Below, one piece after another: positions 28,325 through 38,677 of a DNA stretch of 40,262 bases. A program made the translations under genes and the position numbers. Source of the stretch: a virus (Duplodnaviria > Caudoviricetes); the IMG/VR virus record IMGVR_UViG_3300017761_005091, positions 1 through 40,262 of that record, one strand, 5' to 3'. How positions within the stretch are numbered: the stretch's first letter is position 1; the number at the start of each line of letters is the position of its first letter. A model generated the notes under the pieces. It searched no databases, was not told the DNA's origin, and worked only from the letters and a program-made list of their open reading frames with translations.

Positions 28325-28450
28325 TTAGCATTTTTTATACTTGTTTGGTGTAGCACCTGCAAGTTTTTGAGTTTTAGGACCAGACTGAGGTGAAGTAGGT
28401 TTCTTAACTACAATCTTATTACTCATGGCTGCTGTATTCTTTCCTTTCAT
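28325..28450 (-). CDS. Tiny Lys-rich protein (41 aa, not in the ORF track)
   Basis: MKGKNTAAMSNKIVVKKPTSPQSGPKTQKLAGATPNKYKKC*. Confidence 0.65.
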   Translation of the reverse strand: MKGKNTAAMSNKIVVKKPTSPQSGPKTQKLAGATPNKYKKC

Positions 28451-28469
28451 GATTTCTTGTTTTTTTGTT

Positions 28470-28694
28470 TTAATCTAATAAATTTGTAAAAAAACCTTTT
28501 TCTGTAAGATCTTCAGGATTTCTTTTTGCTCTTTCTTCTGCTTTTGCAATTTCTGCATTAGTGAATAGAATACATCTTTCGTTTCCTCCATCTGCATCTT
28601 CTACTTGAACAGCAATATAACTTTCAGCAGAACCAAATGTTCTATTTGTATTATCTACAGATATCAGTCTTCCTTTAACAACTTTTGTACTCAT
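28470..28694 (-). CDS. Small hypothetical protein
   Basis: 74-aa ORF with an A-rich leader directly after the major capsid gene. Confidence 0.7.
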   Translation of the reverse strand: MSTKVVKGRLISVDNTNRTFGSAESYIAVQVEDADGGNERCILFTNAEIAKAEERAKRNPEDLTEKGFFTNLLD

Positions 28695-28708
28695 AATTTT
28701 TTTATCAA

Positions 28709-28747
28709 TTGTACTTACCTGGGGACACTATATCCCCAGGAGTACAA
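28709..28747 (-). terminator. Strong hairpin just 3' of the major capsid gene (attenuator or mRNA stabiliser)
   Basis: TTGTACT-CCTGGGGA...TCCCCAGG-TA-AGTACAA; no U-tract follows on the minus strand, so it is not a canonical terminator. Confidence 0.5.
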
Positions 28748-28755
28748 AATTAATA

Positions 28756-30405
28756 TTAGAATGATCCACCAGTAATTGGGTTTCTCATAACAATTTTTAA
28801 TACTTTGGTTGGATCTTTAACCCAGATACTTGGCATAGTTTGAGTCATAAATACTCTATAACCATTAAAGTTTCCAGAAGATGCAAATCCTTGAGATCTA
28901 CCCATATAGTCCATAGTACCATTTTGGTAGAACCACTTCATCTCGCTATCCCATTTAAGTTTTAACAAGAAGATGTTATCATTTGTATTATCAGTAATAT
29001 CAAATACAATGAAGTTGTAAGATGATAATGGATACCCATCAATGATAGGATTCTCAATATCATTAGTGTGAACATTATCAAACGCAGGATTCAATACAAA
29101 CTTAACATTTGCCAAGAAAGGAATTGTGTAGCTTGTAAAAGCAAATCCAAAGTTTAAATCCATTGCATTAGTACCTGAAATAGCACCAACACCAGACTTG
29201 TCCATGTTAGCAATTAATCCTGTACTACCACCGATAGTTCCAGAAAATGCTTCTTTTTTGATAGACTCGTTAACCATTCTCATACCAGCCATACCAGTTT
29301 GAACAATGATTTGACGATTTGGATCTGGTCCTTTGAATTCAACTTTACCATTGTAGAAGTTAAAGATCTCAGAACGGAACAACTCTAAGTTGAATGTGTT
29401 CTTGTTATAGATTCTCTTGAATGAGTTATCTAATTGAGACCAAAGTCCTACTGATAAACGAATATCATCTGGACCATCTTGTTTAATTCTACCACCTTGT
29501 CCCCACATTAAGTAAGTTTCGATGTCATTTGCAACTTTTGATAAGTGAGCTGCTTCTAAGTTAGTAACGAATGAACGAGTCAAATTACCATTATCATATG
29601 ATTTTTTGATCCAATCTTTACCCATTGTTTTTACCATATCATCAATCTTAGTGATAGATGGATCAAGGTTTTTATCAAATGATCTCCAGATTTCAGTTAC
29701 AGGAACTGTACCGTCAGCATTTAATCCACCTTTCATCATCATGTCAGCACGAGATGAGATAGAATAGTGTACGTGAGCTTCAGCACCTCCTACGAAGTTG
29801 TAATACTCACGGAAACCATTTTGCAATTCTCCGATATCAGAGAATCTTTCACCATACTCACCTCTTGCAGAACCTTTTCTGAAGAATTTAGTACCTGGCT
29901 TAAGAAACTTTTTATCTAAAGTAGCAGTGTTACTGTTGTTTACTAATTGTACTGTATAGATGAAACCATCTCCTGTTGGAAGAATGTCCTCTGAAGGTAC
30001 AATGTAAAGTTCAAGACCTTTATATTTATCGTAAGTGATGATATCACCTGATCCAAATACACGTCTGTTAATTTTAATTTTGAACAAAACTCCGTCAGCT
30101 CCTAAAGCAGTCTGAGTAGGTTCAACGTCTTCAACAATGTACGGAAGATCTTGTACGATTGGCGTTTGCCATTTGTACTCTCCACGAGCATTATCTACCA
30201 TTATGGTGTTTTTACCACCAAAAGATGCCATCTGATAAAGAGGCATTTCTACCTTTTGCGTCATTGCCCAAAGATCTACAGGACCTAAATCCATAGGTTC
30301 TGAAGTTTTAAGCATGTTCTGCAAATGGTAAGAGTCTACATGCGAACTTACCTTGTAAGTTGTGTCACGCAAGAAGAGACCATTGTTTAAAACAGGTGTT
30401 GCCAT
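28756..30405 (-). CDS. Major capsid protein (crAss-like)
   Basis: 549 aa; terminase-portal-acidic protein-capsid gene order; GEYKWQ, ETYLMWGQGG, GLWSQL and VKDPTK motifs; followed by a strong hairpin. Confidence 0.85.
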   Translation of the reverse strand: MATPVLNNGLFLRDTTYKVSSHVDSYHLQNMLKTSEPMDLGPVDLWAMTQKVEMPLYQMASFGGKNTIMVDNARGEYKWQTPIVQDLPYIVEDVEPTQTALGADGVLFKIKINRRVFGSGDIITYDKYKGLELYIVPSEDILPTGDGFIYTVQLVNNSNTATLDKKFLKPGTKFFRKGSARGEYGERFSDIGELQNGFREYYNFVGGAEAHVHYSISSRADMMMKGGLNADGTVPVTEIWRSFDKNLDPSITKIDDMVKTMGKDWIKKSYDNGNLTRSFVTNLEAAHLSKVANDIETYLMWGQGGRIKQDGPDDIRLSVGLWSQLDNSFKRIYNKNTFNLELFRSEIFNFYNGKVEFKGPDPNRQIIVQTGMAGMRMVNESIKKEAFSGTIGGSTGLIANMDKSGVGAISGTNAMDLNFGFAFTSYTIPFLANVKFVLNPAFDNVHTNDIENPIIDGYPLSSYNFIVFDITDNTNDNIFLLKLKWDSEMKWFYQNGTMDYMGRSQGFASSGNFNGYRVFMTQTMPSIWVKDPTKVLKIVMRNPITGGSF

Positions 30406-30446
30406 TGTAATTAAAGTAATTTAAGGTTAATATTATTTATTGTTAA

Positions 30447-31718
30447 TTATCGTCTACTAAATATGTTTTGAGGTTTACTCAATCTTTTCGAAGGTGTTCT
30501 TTCGTCAACTTCGTCTTCTTTAACATAAGAAGACAATTTACGTGCTTCTTCTGTTTTTAACTTTTTAACTGTATCTTGAACAACTTCATTCTTTGCTTGT
30601 TTTCTAATGTTTTCTTTATAATCATCTGGATCAGAAAGTAACCATAATGTTTCAGCAATTAAGTCATATCTTGGTTTTTGACCAAATTGATAATCTTCTA
30701 ATAGTTTACCAAGCAAGTTGGTTGGTCTACCAGTAAGACTTTCATATTTAACTGTTGTAAGTTCATCCCACAACATCTTTTGTCTTTTACTGTCTATTTT
30801 AACGCCATTCAACTCAGAAGGTTTTAAAGTTTCATATATGTTTTGCATATATGCTTCTTTCTTTTGTTGTTGTTGTTGTTTAAATTGTTCTTGTTGCGCA
30901 AGTTTTGCTTGTACAACTTCTTCTTGCATGTCGTTCAATTTAGGTTGAAATTGGATTGCTTTCTTTTGCAAATTACCATTGTCAAACCATTCTTGAATTT
31001 GTTCTTCAATTAGTTCTTGATCTCCACCTCCAAATCCAGATGCCTGTAGATATTGTCTAACAATCATTTCCTGGTGTTCTGGTTGACGTGCGTCAAGTGT
31101 TCTAACTTCTTCAACTTGTGCAAGTGCTCTAAATAAACCTTTTAAATCTTGTCCACCTTTAGCAACATACTCTGCAGCATATTGTAATTCTTCAGGTAAA
31201 CTTTCAAAGAACTCTTTTGGTGTAGCAGCAGCAACTTCATTTTTCATGTTGTCAACATTTGCTTTCCATAAATCTTCAACATCTTTCTCAGAAAGACCTC
31301 CAAGATAATCATCTAATGATTGCTTTGTATCATCATAATCATCAAAGGCAAACATTTCATTACCTTCAATTCTTTTTTTCAAGAAATCAACTAATCCACT
31401 TTTATCAGTTTTCTTTCTTCCTGGTTTTGATTTAGTGTCTTCAACATCAACATCATCATCACCATTTTCTAATGCAGTATCTAATTCTGCAATTGCCTCA
31501 CTTGTTTCTTCATCTTCATCAGTAGTTTTCTTTTTTGAATTATCATCTAAGAAATCCATGTTTACTGACTTGTTGTTAGATGAAAACAAGTTAGGTTTTT
31601 CATTTTCTTCATCATCAGATGTTACAATACTTTCTGCACCAGGCATTGGTAAAAAGTCATCAATGTTGTCGATACTTACATTATCAACTGTCGAGTTGTT
31701 GTTCGCGTCTGTGCTCAT
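30447..31718 (-). CDS. Acidic coiled-coil protein, probable capsid scaffold
   Basis: Asp/Glu-rich disordered N-terminus and Gln-rich coiled coil; located between portal and capsid genes. Confidence 0.6.
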   Translation of the reverse strand: MSTDANNNSTVDNVSIDNIDDFLPMPGAESIVTSDDEENEKPNLFSSNNKSVNMDFLDDNSKKKTTDEDEETSEAIAELDTALENGDDDVDVEDTKSKPGRKKTDKSGLVDFLKKRIEGNEMFAFDDYDDTKQSLDDYLGGLSEKDVEDLWKANVDNMKNEVAAATPKEFFESLPEELQYAAEYVAKGGQDLKGLFRALAQVEEVRTLDARQPEHQEMIVRQYLQASGFGGGDQELIEEQIQEWFDNGNLQKKAIQFQPKLNDMQEEVVQAKLAQQEQFKQQQQQKKEAYMQNIYETLKPSELNGVKIDSKRQKMLWDELTTVKYESLTGRPTNLLGKLLEDYQFGQKPRYDLIAETLWLLSDPDDYKENIRKQAKNEVVQDTVKKLKTEEARKLSSYVKEDEVDERTPSKRLSKPQNIFSRR

Positions 31719-31752
31719 GTTTTTTTTTGTTAGTTATGTTTCAATTCTTCTT

Positions 31753-31770
31753 CATATATAATCTACATAA
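31753..31770 (-). promoter_or_regulatory. Candidate phage late-promoter motif (TTAT GTAGATT ATATATG)
   Basis: Upstream of the scaffold/capsid operon; looser match to the motifs at 14360 and 23559. Confidence 0.4.
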
Positions 31771-31840
31771 TAAATCTTAAAGATTTAATATTATGCAAAA
31801 ATAATTTTAACTTTTTTCGACTATAACGCTATGATTCATT

Positions 31841-34588
31841 TTACTTCTTCTTTGCAGTTGATTTAGAATCATATTTATTCTTATTCATTGCTGCAATTTG
31901 AACTTGTTTGTCAGCAATTCGCTCACGAGTTTGAAGTTCTTGTTGTGTTAAGTTAGCCTTACGTTGTTCGTTTACTTGTTGATTAAGTTCTTTATCACGC
32001 TGTAATGCAATATTTTCATTTTTTGCATTCTTGTCATCAAGATACTTCAAGGTGTCAATATAATCAGATTGTTTATTCTCATTCATATCTTGCATACCAG
32101 TATATCCTGCAGAACGTATTTCAGCTTCACGCAAACTATTATCACGATCCATTTGATTTTGTTCAGCTTCCCAAGCAAGTTTTTTATCTTGTCTTTCTGT
32201 TTCAGCTTGTTGTTGCATTTCAATACCTTGTTGTGCAGCTTGTTGTTCTTGTTGACGTTGAGCATTAACTTTCTCTTCAATTGCTTTAAGAGTGTGTGTA
32301 ATTTCTGCCATAGAATCTGCCTTAATAATGTTACCAAGATCATAAATAGATGCACCGGCAGTATTGTTAGATAATGCAAGTTGTCTAATTTGTTCTGTGA
32401 TCATACGTTGATTTACTTTTGTAGAAGTAAACACATTTAATTCTCTTGCTAATAATTCAGTACCATTAATTTCAAAATTAACTTTCTCATCCATAGAAGT
32501 CATATATTGCAATCTAATACTTGGCTTGTTACTATGATAGTATTGTGCAAGATCCGTACGCATCTGGTGCACGCGAGGCATTAAGTTTTCACTATGTTGT
32601 ACAAAGTACATTTCTGTTTGTGAGAAAGACTGATTCAATGCTTGAGTAACACCTGTTGCAGTTTCTTGCGATGTTGGTCCACCAAGACGTTGAGGTGTAA
32701 TACCAATAGCTTCAAATGCTTGATTTTTAAAATATGTAGAAAGCTGTATACGAGATAACAACCTTTGTGTTTGTTCAAGGTTTAATACTTGATAATGTTG
32801 GAAGTTTAACGCATTCTCTGTGTTTGTAATAGAAGTATCCAATGGTAACATTTGGAAGTTCTTCATTGCAACATAAGCATTAGCCAAATTATTTTTACCC
32901 CAGTCTTCACCCATTGAGTGACGTGGTAATGCATTTTGATCTAACATAATCACAGTACCTAATTCGTCTACCAAGATATCTGCAATTTGGTTATTTACTA
33001 AATTGTATCCTACTTGATAAGGTTTCATTTTATCAATAAGAGAACGTGACTTAGTATTTCTGTCTGAGAATACAGCACCTTCAACTGGCAACTTACAACC
33101 GTATAATGTAAAGTCTCCTTTAAATTGAAATCTTACAGGGCGTACATTAAGATATATTGGAGCAAATCCAGTGCTGTCATTATTACCATAGAATGACGGT
33201 CTATTAGGTCCAATTTTAATACCACCCCACGTTTGATTGATCCATATCCAATCAATGTGTTCGCCATATGATAAGTTGTCTTTTGTTTTGTTTTTAAGTA
33301 CAGTGTTGTCATATAAAGGTTTGTCAGTAACTTTATAGTTTTCATCTACAATCATTTCCATTGGAACACCTTGCTCATCAATTTTGGTAAGATGTCCAAC
33401 CATTCGTTGCGATTTCCAATATACAGTTGTTACACGTAATAGTGAATAATTACTAAAGTCCATCAAGTCTTCAGACTCGTTTAAGATTCTGTAGATAATA
33501 TCATCACCTGTATTTAAGATTGCATCTCTATGCGCAATAAACTGACGCATTCCAAGAGATGGTCCTTCTACATTCCACTCATGAGAACGTGTAGCATCAT
33601 AGAATGATCCATCATTTTGAACACCCGGAAGCATGTATCCTGCAGATTTTACTGGATATATTACTTCAAGTGCTGCAAGTTGCTCTTCGTTCATCATGTA
33701 ACCATACTTATCAATGATGTCAGAAATGGTCATAAGGTCCATACGACCTGCCCAGTTAGATTGAGATATATATCTTGCTTCTGGAGACTTATGATAGAAT
33801 GTCAATAAAGGATTCCATAGTTCTATTTCATAATCATCTTCGCGCATATTAAAATGCCAAAACTCTCTATCTGCAATAAGCATGTCTTTAAATGCAAGAT
33901 TTTCAAGTTCATTCATTTTAAAACGTTCACCATCAACCTCATGCTGATGACTTGCCCATTGTTCTATCATAGAACGATAATCTTTTTTAAAGAACTGTTC
34001 TATTTCAGGTAATGATTTTATATTTTCAGGCGACATCATTTGTTGTGCCTGTTGTACTTGTTCAGGATTTTGCAAATCTAATCCCATTTGCTGAATGGTT
34101 TGTTGCATTTTTTGTTCACCAAAGCTAACAAGAGTTTCTTCGATCATGCTTCTTTTCATTTCAACCATCTCGTTAAATGAAGTATCATCTACAGCACGAT
34201 ACGTAATTTTATCATTACGTTTTGCAAACTCACCAGTAAGTACATTAATAACATTAGGTATAATAGGAAAAAACTTTAACTCAAACGCAGATTCGTCTTC
34301 TTTTGTTAGAGTATCAATTAGTTCTGCCATTTCATTATTTTCTTCAACAATGTAATCTGACTTGTCAATAATACCATTTGCCAATTTGTAATTCTTCATT
34401 AAACGTCTTGCATTACGTCTAATTTGTTTTAGTCCTTGCATTTCATGCCAGTCCATGTTCCACGCACCCCATGTTACATCTTTGTCTTTTGTCAACAAAA
34501 ATTGAACAGGTTGGGTAATTGTACCCATTCTGTTATACTCTGATTTTGCTCCTGCTTTTAGTTGTAGAGCATTATATATTTTTGGCAT
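31841..34588 (-). CDS. Portal protein
   Basis: 915 aa directly after the terminase; FPIIPNVINVLTGE, SLIDKMKPYQ..YN and GITPQRLG motifs; Gln-rich C-terminal coiled coil. Confidence 0.88.
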   Translation of the reverse strand: MPKIYNALQLKAGAKSEYNRMGTITQPVQFLLTKDKDVTWGAWNMDWHEMQGLKQIRRNARRLMKNYKLANGIIDKSDYIVEENNEMAELIDTLTKEDESAFELKFFPIIPNVINVLTGEFAKRNDKITYRAVDDTSFNEMVEMKRSMIEETLVSFGEQKMQQTIQQMGLDLQNPEQVQQAQQMMSPENIKSLPEIEQFFKKDYRSMIEQWASHQHEVDGERFKMNELENLAFKDMLIADREFWHFNMREDDYEIELWNPLLTFYHKSPEARYISQSNWAGRMDLMTISDIIDKYGYMMNEEQLAALEVIYPVKSAGYMLPGVQNDGSFYDATRSHEWNVEGPSLGMRQFIAHRDAILNTGDDIIYRILNESEDLMDFSNYSLLRVTTVYWKSQRMVGHLTKIDEQGVPMEMIVDENYKVTDKPLYDNTVLKNKTKDNLSYGEHIDWIWINQTWGGIKIGPNRPSFYGNNDSTGFAPIYLNVRPVRFQFKGDFTLYGCKLPVEGAVFSDRNTKSRSLIDKMKPYQVGYNLVNNQIADILVDELGTVIMLDQNALPRHSMGEDWGKNNLANAYVAMKNFQMLPLDTSITNTENALNFQHYQVLNLEQTQRLLSRIQLSTYFKNQAFEAIGITPQRLGGPTSQETATGVTQALNQSFSQTEMYFVQHSENLMPRVHQMRTDLAQYYHSNKPSIRLQYMTSMDEKVNFEINGTELLARELNVFTSTKVNQRMITEQIRQLALSNNTAGASIYDLGNIIKADSMAEITHTLKAIEEKVNAQRQQEQQAAQQGIEMQQQAETERQDKKLAWEAEQNQMDRDNSLREAEIRSAGYTGMQDMNENKQSDYIDTLKYLDDKNAKNENIALQRDKELNQQVNEQRKANLTQQELQTRERIADKQVQIAAMNKNKYDSKSTAKKK

Positions 34589-34620
34589 AATTTATATATT
34601 TTTGACGAAGTTATATATTA

Positions 34621-36822
34621 TTATCTAATGTTTTTAAATGGACTACGATGTCTTTGCGTTGTGTCACTATTTGAATATGAAGTGCCATAATGTCGAAAAG
34701 GACTCACTCTCAATTTAACATTTTTATTTGACTTTTCCAAATTACCATCCTCTCTTTCAACACGTTTTGTATAGCCTCTGTTTGATTGTTGTACTTTTGC
34801 AAATGCTACCAGTGCACAAAATGCTACAATTCTATCGACGTTTAATCCATCACGATATGCAGCCATTTCTTTAAGCAACATAATATCAGGTATTCTTTCA
34901 ACACCATATGTAGTTTTTACAATAGTTCCATCTGTTTTTGTTTCATGATCTAACTCTTCTTCAAGAAATTGTTTACCATACGGAATGATATTTACTTTAA
35001 ACATTGTTCCTACGTTTTTCCAACCATACTCTTGAAATACATTCATGTTTGCCTGTATTTCTTTTAAGAACATAATTTGTGTTTTTGGAACCAAGTACTT
35101 TTGTTTTCTACGCGCAATCATATGTTGAATAAACGCGCTGACGTTATTTTCACAGATTGTCCAAGCATTATACCATTCAATGATAAGTTCGAGTCTTTCG
35201 TGCGTTTTATTTAAGTCATCAAATCTTCCACACCATGCTGCAACAATTCTGTCGCGTTCAATTGTAGATTCAATTGTACCATCTGCTTTGTGTGTTGTAA
35301 TTTCTTGTGAAGTTTTATATATGTAAATAGAACATAAAGAGTCAGATGTATTTGTTTTACCTTCTGCAACTGGATCGACAGATGCATAATAAATTCCAAA
35401 TCCTGGATCTTTAATTGGTCTTTCCCACACAACAAGCACTCCTTCTTTATCTTGAGTTTTTGCAGATAATGGAAATTCTGATATTGGAATTTTTCTGGAT
35501 TCTTTTGCAGTTATTTTACCAGTTTCATCGCGTGATAATTCTAAAAACTCTTTATAATATTCTCCTTCTTCAATTCTTCTTATTTGTTGTGTAACTAAAT
35601 GTAATGGAAATACTGATTTAGTTCTATGTGCAAATGCTTCTTCAATGTTAATAGGTTTCTGAGAAATACGAAGTTGATAGTCATCTGGTTTTAATTTCTT
35701 TTTCCAGTCTAATCTTTCTTCAAGAATCATTTCTAATGCTCTGTCTACCTGTGAGTTACCATATTCATCAATACATGGAAGCATTGACCATTGCTCAGGA
35801 ATAAATAATCCACATTGTGCAATTTCACCTTTATCGTTTAATAAATTTGTTTCAACAGCAAGTACATCTTTACTATCAGGATTTAATAACATCTCACGCA
35901 ATGGTTCACATTGGGCAAGATCCCCTACAGATCCAGCAGCAATAAACTGACCAGTGTACACCATACCTGATTTCATTGCAGGAAGTAAATATTCCATAGT
36001 TGTATTCATCTTTGGAGCAATACCTGCCTCTTCGTGATAAAATAATGTACATGGTCCCCCAACTCCATTAGTAGGATCTTTATCAAGTACTAATCCAAAG
36101 ATAACAGATTTTAATCCAATGTCACGTTTTTTACCACCTTGATTGATTTCAATCTTTTGTTCCCAGTTAAGAACCTTGTCCGGAGTACATGGTCTGTACC
36201 ATGCAGTATAAGTATTAAGAAAATTTCGGTATTCTTCAAGAAAACGCCATGTACCTTTTTCACTAATATAGTCTTTTAGTGAACCTGCCATTTTACTGAT
36301 TGACCCTTCTTCAAACCAAAAGTAATTAATCATTTTTGCACCATGGTAATAACTGGATGCTATCTGACGTTTCTTTAATATAACAGCGTGTTTGTATGAA
36401 TGTCTTCCAATCTCCTCGTAAAGTGCCATGTGATACTGAGCATCTCTGACTTTAGCAAATCCAAATCGTGCTTCTTCTTTATCGTAAATTGGTAGAAAGT
36501 TTAACCACATGTAGTATTCTCTGGCTAAGTACCAAGTTTTAGTACCATTTTTAAAAATAACACCATTTCTACATTTTAATTTTTGATCATCCCAGTATGC
36601 AATATAATCTTTTGAACGCATTGGAGCAATGCAATAAACTTTGTTGTATTTATTAAACAATATTGCTTGTTCATTAAATTTCTGAGAACATTCGTCAAAT
36701 TCATATTGACCTGGTTCTTTAAACACAGACCACATAAATTTTACAAACTCTTCTCTTGTTTCAAAATCTGTTAATGACCACGCATCAGTTGCGTAGTCGT
36801 ATGTTGGCACTTTTATATACAT
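34621..36822 (-). CDS. terL: Terminase large subunit
   Basis: Walker A-like LKKRQIASSY, Walker B FYHEEAG, RNase H-like nuclease motif YYASVDPV, ICENN and NVDRIVA. Confidence 0.92.
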   Translation of the reverse strand: MYIKVPTYDYATDAWSLTDFETREEFVKFMWSVFKEPGQYEFDECSQKFNEQAILFNKYNKVYCIAPMRSKDYIAYWDDQKLKCRNGVIFKNGTKTWYLAREYYMWLNFLPIYDKEEARFGFAKVRDAQYHMALYEEIGRHSYKHAVILKKRQIASSYYHGAKMINYFWFEEGSISKMAGSLKDYISEKGTWRFLEEYRNFLNTYTAWYRPCTPDKVLNWEQKIEINQGGKKRDIGLKSVIFGLVLDKDPTNGVGGPCTLFYHEEAGIAPKMNTTMEYLLPAMKSGMVYTGQFIAAGSVGDLAQCEPLREMLLNPDSKDVLAVETNLLNDKGEIAQCGLFIPEQWSMLPCIDEYGNSQVDRALEMILEERLDWKKKLKPDDYQLRISQKPINIEEAFAHRTKSVFPLHLVTQQIRRIEEGEYYKEFLELSRDETGKITAKESRKIPISEFPLSAKTQDKEGVLVVWERPIKDPGFGIYYASVDPVAEGKTNTSDSLCSIYIYKTSQEITTHKADGTIESTIERDRIVAAWCGRFDDLNKTHERLELIIEWYNAWTICENNVSAFIQHMIARRKQKYLVPKTQIMFLKEIQANMNVFQEYGWKNVGTMFKVNIIPYGKQFLEEELDHETKTDGTIVKTTYGVERIPDIMLLKEMAAYRDGLNVDRIVAFCALVAFAKVQQSNRGYTKRVEREDGNLEKSNKNVKLRVSPFRHYGTSYSNSDTTQRHRSPFKNIR

Positions 36823-36995
36823 TTAAAAGTATTAAGAATTTTTAAAAGTTCTGTAATATCTGAATGCTGATAAATGTTGTGTTCATTTAAAGTGCCATTC
36901 CAATATGCGTCATGATCATCTCTGTGAAAAGCATTCCAAAAACCAGTATGATGATTATAATGAAACATCCAATTATATAAAGCGTTGTCTTTCAT
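36813..36995 (-). CDS. Small aromatic/His-rich hypothetical protein (60 aa)
   Basis: MKDNALYNWMFHYNHHTGFWNAFHRDD...; the second ATG (36995) is preferred because it avoids overlap with the upstream gene. Confidence 0.65.
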   Translation of the reverse strand: MKDNALYNWMFHYNHHTGFWNAFHRDDHDAYWNGTLNEHNIYQHSDITELLKILNTFKCI

Positions 36996-36999
36996 AATA

Positions 37000-37515
37000 T
37001 TACATTTGATCGTAAGCAACTTGTTGTCCACCTCTTACTTGAGATTTTTGTTCTTCCATGAGGTCTTTGTACGCACCTTTAAACGATATTCTAATCTGCT
37101 CAAACTTTGCTGCAGCATTAACCATAGAATTAATATTGCCATCCCTACCATGTTCGATTGGAGTAGTCTCCATATACCTTCCGAGACGATCCAACATACT
37201 TTTGATACCCATGTACGCGCGAAACGTAGGAGTTTCATACAATTTGCTACAAAGTTTGAGAGCATCAATGATAATATCATCTTCAATACTAAAATTGACA
37301 TTAAGCTGCGAAAGTATAAGTTCTTCTTTTTCATGTTCTTGCGTATCAAAATAAGGATTCATATCAGGATTTGGACACGTCATGTAAAATAAATACGCAA
37401 ATACATTTTGATAATCATCCGGATAGGCATCAATTATCATCTTTAAATCTCTTAATACATAACAATGTTCACTTGGAACAACTGTTCCATTTTGAATATC
37501 AAACAGTCTTACCAT
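37000..37515 (-). CDS. Helical protein upstream of terL (terminase small subunit candidate)
   Basis: 171 aa, helical with a C-terminal coiled coil ending VRGG; assignment by position only. Confidence 0.5.
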   Translation of the reverse strand: MVRLFDIQNGTVVPSEHCYVLRDLKMIIDAYPDDYQNVFAYLFYMTCPNPDMNPYFDTQEHEKEELILSQLNVNFSIEDDIIIDALKLCSKLYETPTFRAYMGIKSMLDRLGRYMETTPIEHGRDGNINSMVNAAAKFEQIRISFKGAYKDLMEEQKSQVRGGQQVAYDQM

Positions 37516-37520
37516 TTTTT

Positions 37521-38366
37521 TTATTTTTTAGTTACAGCATTTGGATTATCCTTATACCAGTTTAAAATATCAATTACTTCTTGCTTAAGATATGGAAGTT
37601 CGTATACTTCTATCTCACGAATAATTGGATCACCTTCAACAGATGTTTTTAAAATTGGATAACCATACTCGTCTTTTGCATCTTCCTCTTCAAAAGTAAT
37701 ATGATGTATAATTAACTTACCTGATTTTAAATTAGGATTATGCTTCAGTATAATATACATATAAATACTGAGTTGTAGATTATAATGGTTTAAATTACAG
37801 TCATCTAAGTGAGACACTGGACCAAGCATTTTCTTTGAAATACCTTCCCAGTTCACAAAAGAAGTTTTATCAATTTTTTTATTAGTCTTGTAATCAGTTA
37901 TATGCACTGTATTATCTGCAACCTCAACAAGATCTGATTGACCACATATACCTGCTGATTTTAAATAAACCATGTGTTCAGGAAAAATACCATTAATTAA
38001 TTTTTGCAATGGCGCCAGCTTTTTACCTAACCCATCAAGTAATGGTTTTATAACAGGTAACTCTACATCATGTCTAACCATTGTGTCACAACCTACAATA
38101 TCTTGTTCGCGCTGATCGTGATACCAGTTACCCAATGCACATGCTCTGTCTGACTCACGCTTCCAAGCTTTCTGAATTTGTTCAGGAGTCATTCCTTTCC
38201 ACTTATTATCTTTCTTTGTGTTCTTTGAACACTTGAGTGCAATTGCCTCAGAATCAAACGGTTGCTTTAAACTACTAAGTAAAGTAGTTACTGATATCCA
38301 TTTAGTTTTGTCTTGTGGATCTATCGATACATAAGAATGTGTTGCTGCTTCAAATAGTATTGCCAT
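37521..38366 (-). CDS. PD-(D/E)XK exonuclease-family protein
   Basis: SVTT, G..H, E..VY, GICGQSDLV, ITDYKTN and YNLQLSIY motifs. Confidence 0.85.
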   Translation of the reverse strand: MAILFEAATHSYVSIDPQDKTKWISVTTLLSSLKQPFDSEAIALKCSKNTKKDNKWKGMTPEQIQKAWKRESDRACALGNWYHDQREQDIVGCDTMVRHDVELPVIKPLLDGLGKKLAPLQKLINGIFPEHMVYLKSAGICGQSDLVEVADNTVHITDYKTNKKIDKTSFVNWEGISKKMLGPVSHLDDCNLNHYNLQLSIYMYIILKHNPNLKSGKLIIHHITFEEEDAKDEYGYPILKTSVEGDPIIREIEVYELPYLKQEVIDILNWYKDNPNAVTKK

Positions 38367-38368
38367 AA

Positions 38369-38677
38369 TTATTCTTTGATTTGTTTTAAAAGTTCTTGTT
38401 CTTCTGCTTCAGTAAGTTCTGCTTTCCAAAATCCTTTAGGACAATCAGAGGCAAGAGATCTTGTTTTAAATGTTAACGAACAACCACATTCAGAACAACA
38501 AGGTTGTGTTCCAGGCACTGCGCATGATGCACCAGTGTTATCAATAAACTCACAACTTTTACATATTTCATTTCTATAAAATGCAATATTTTCTACGTGT
38601 GCTGTTTTGAACATGTTGTTCTTAATACCTTCCATAATCAACCCACGATTTTTCCAGATTCTAATTGGATTTGCCAT
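38369..38677 (-). CDS. Small Cys-rich metal-binding protein
   Basis: RNEICKSC...CCSECGC...K....DCPKGFW. Confidence 0.7.
   Translation of the reverse strand: MANPIRIWKNRGLIMEGIKNNMFKTAHVENIAFYRNEICKSCEFIDNTGASCAVPGTQPCCSECGCSLTFKTRSLASDCPKGFWKAELTEAEEQELLKQIKE

Noticed and set aside
28709-28747. Hairpin after the capsid gene as a separate novel ncRNA
   Set aside because: A single stem-loop 3' of a highly expressed gene is adequately explained as an mRNA stabiliser or attenuator.
30860-30900. (TTG)n run
   Set aside because: Simply encodes the poly-Gln stretch in the coiled coil of the scaffold-like protein.
28756-36822. Introns or inteins in terL, portal or the capsid gene
   Set aside because: The ORFs are continuous, and I saw no intein splice motifs or homing-endonuclease motifs.
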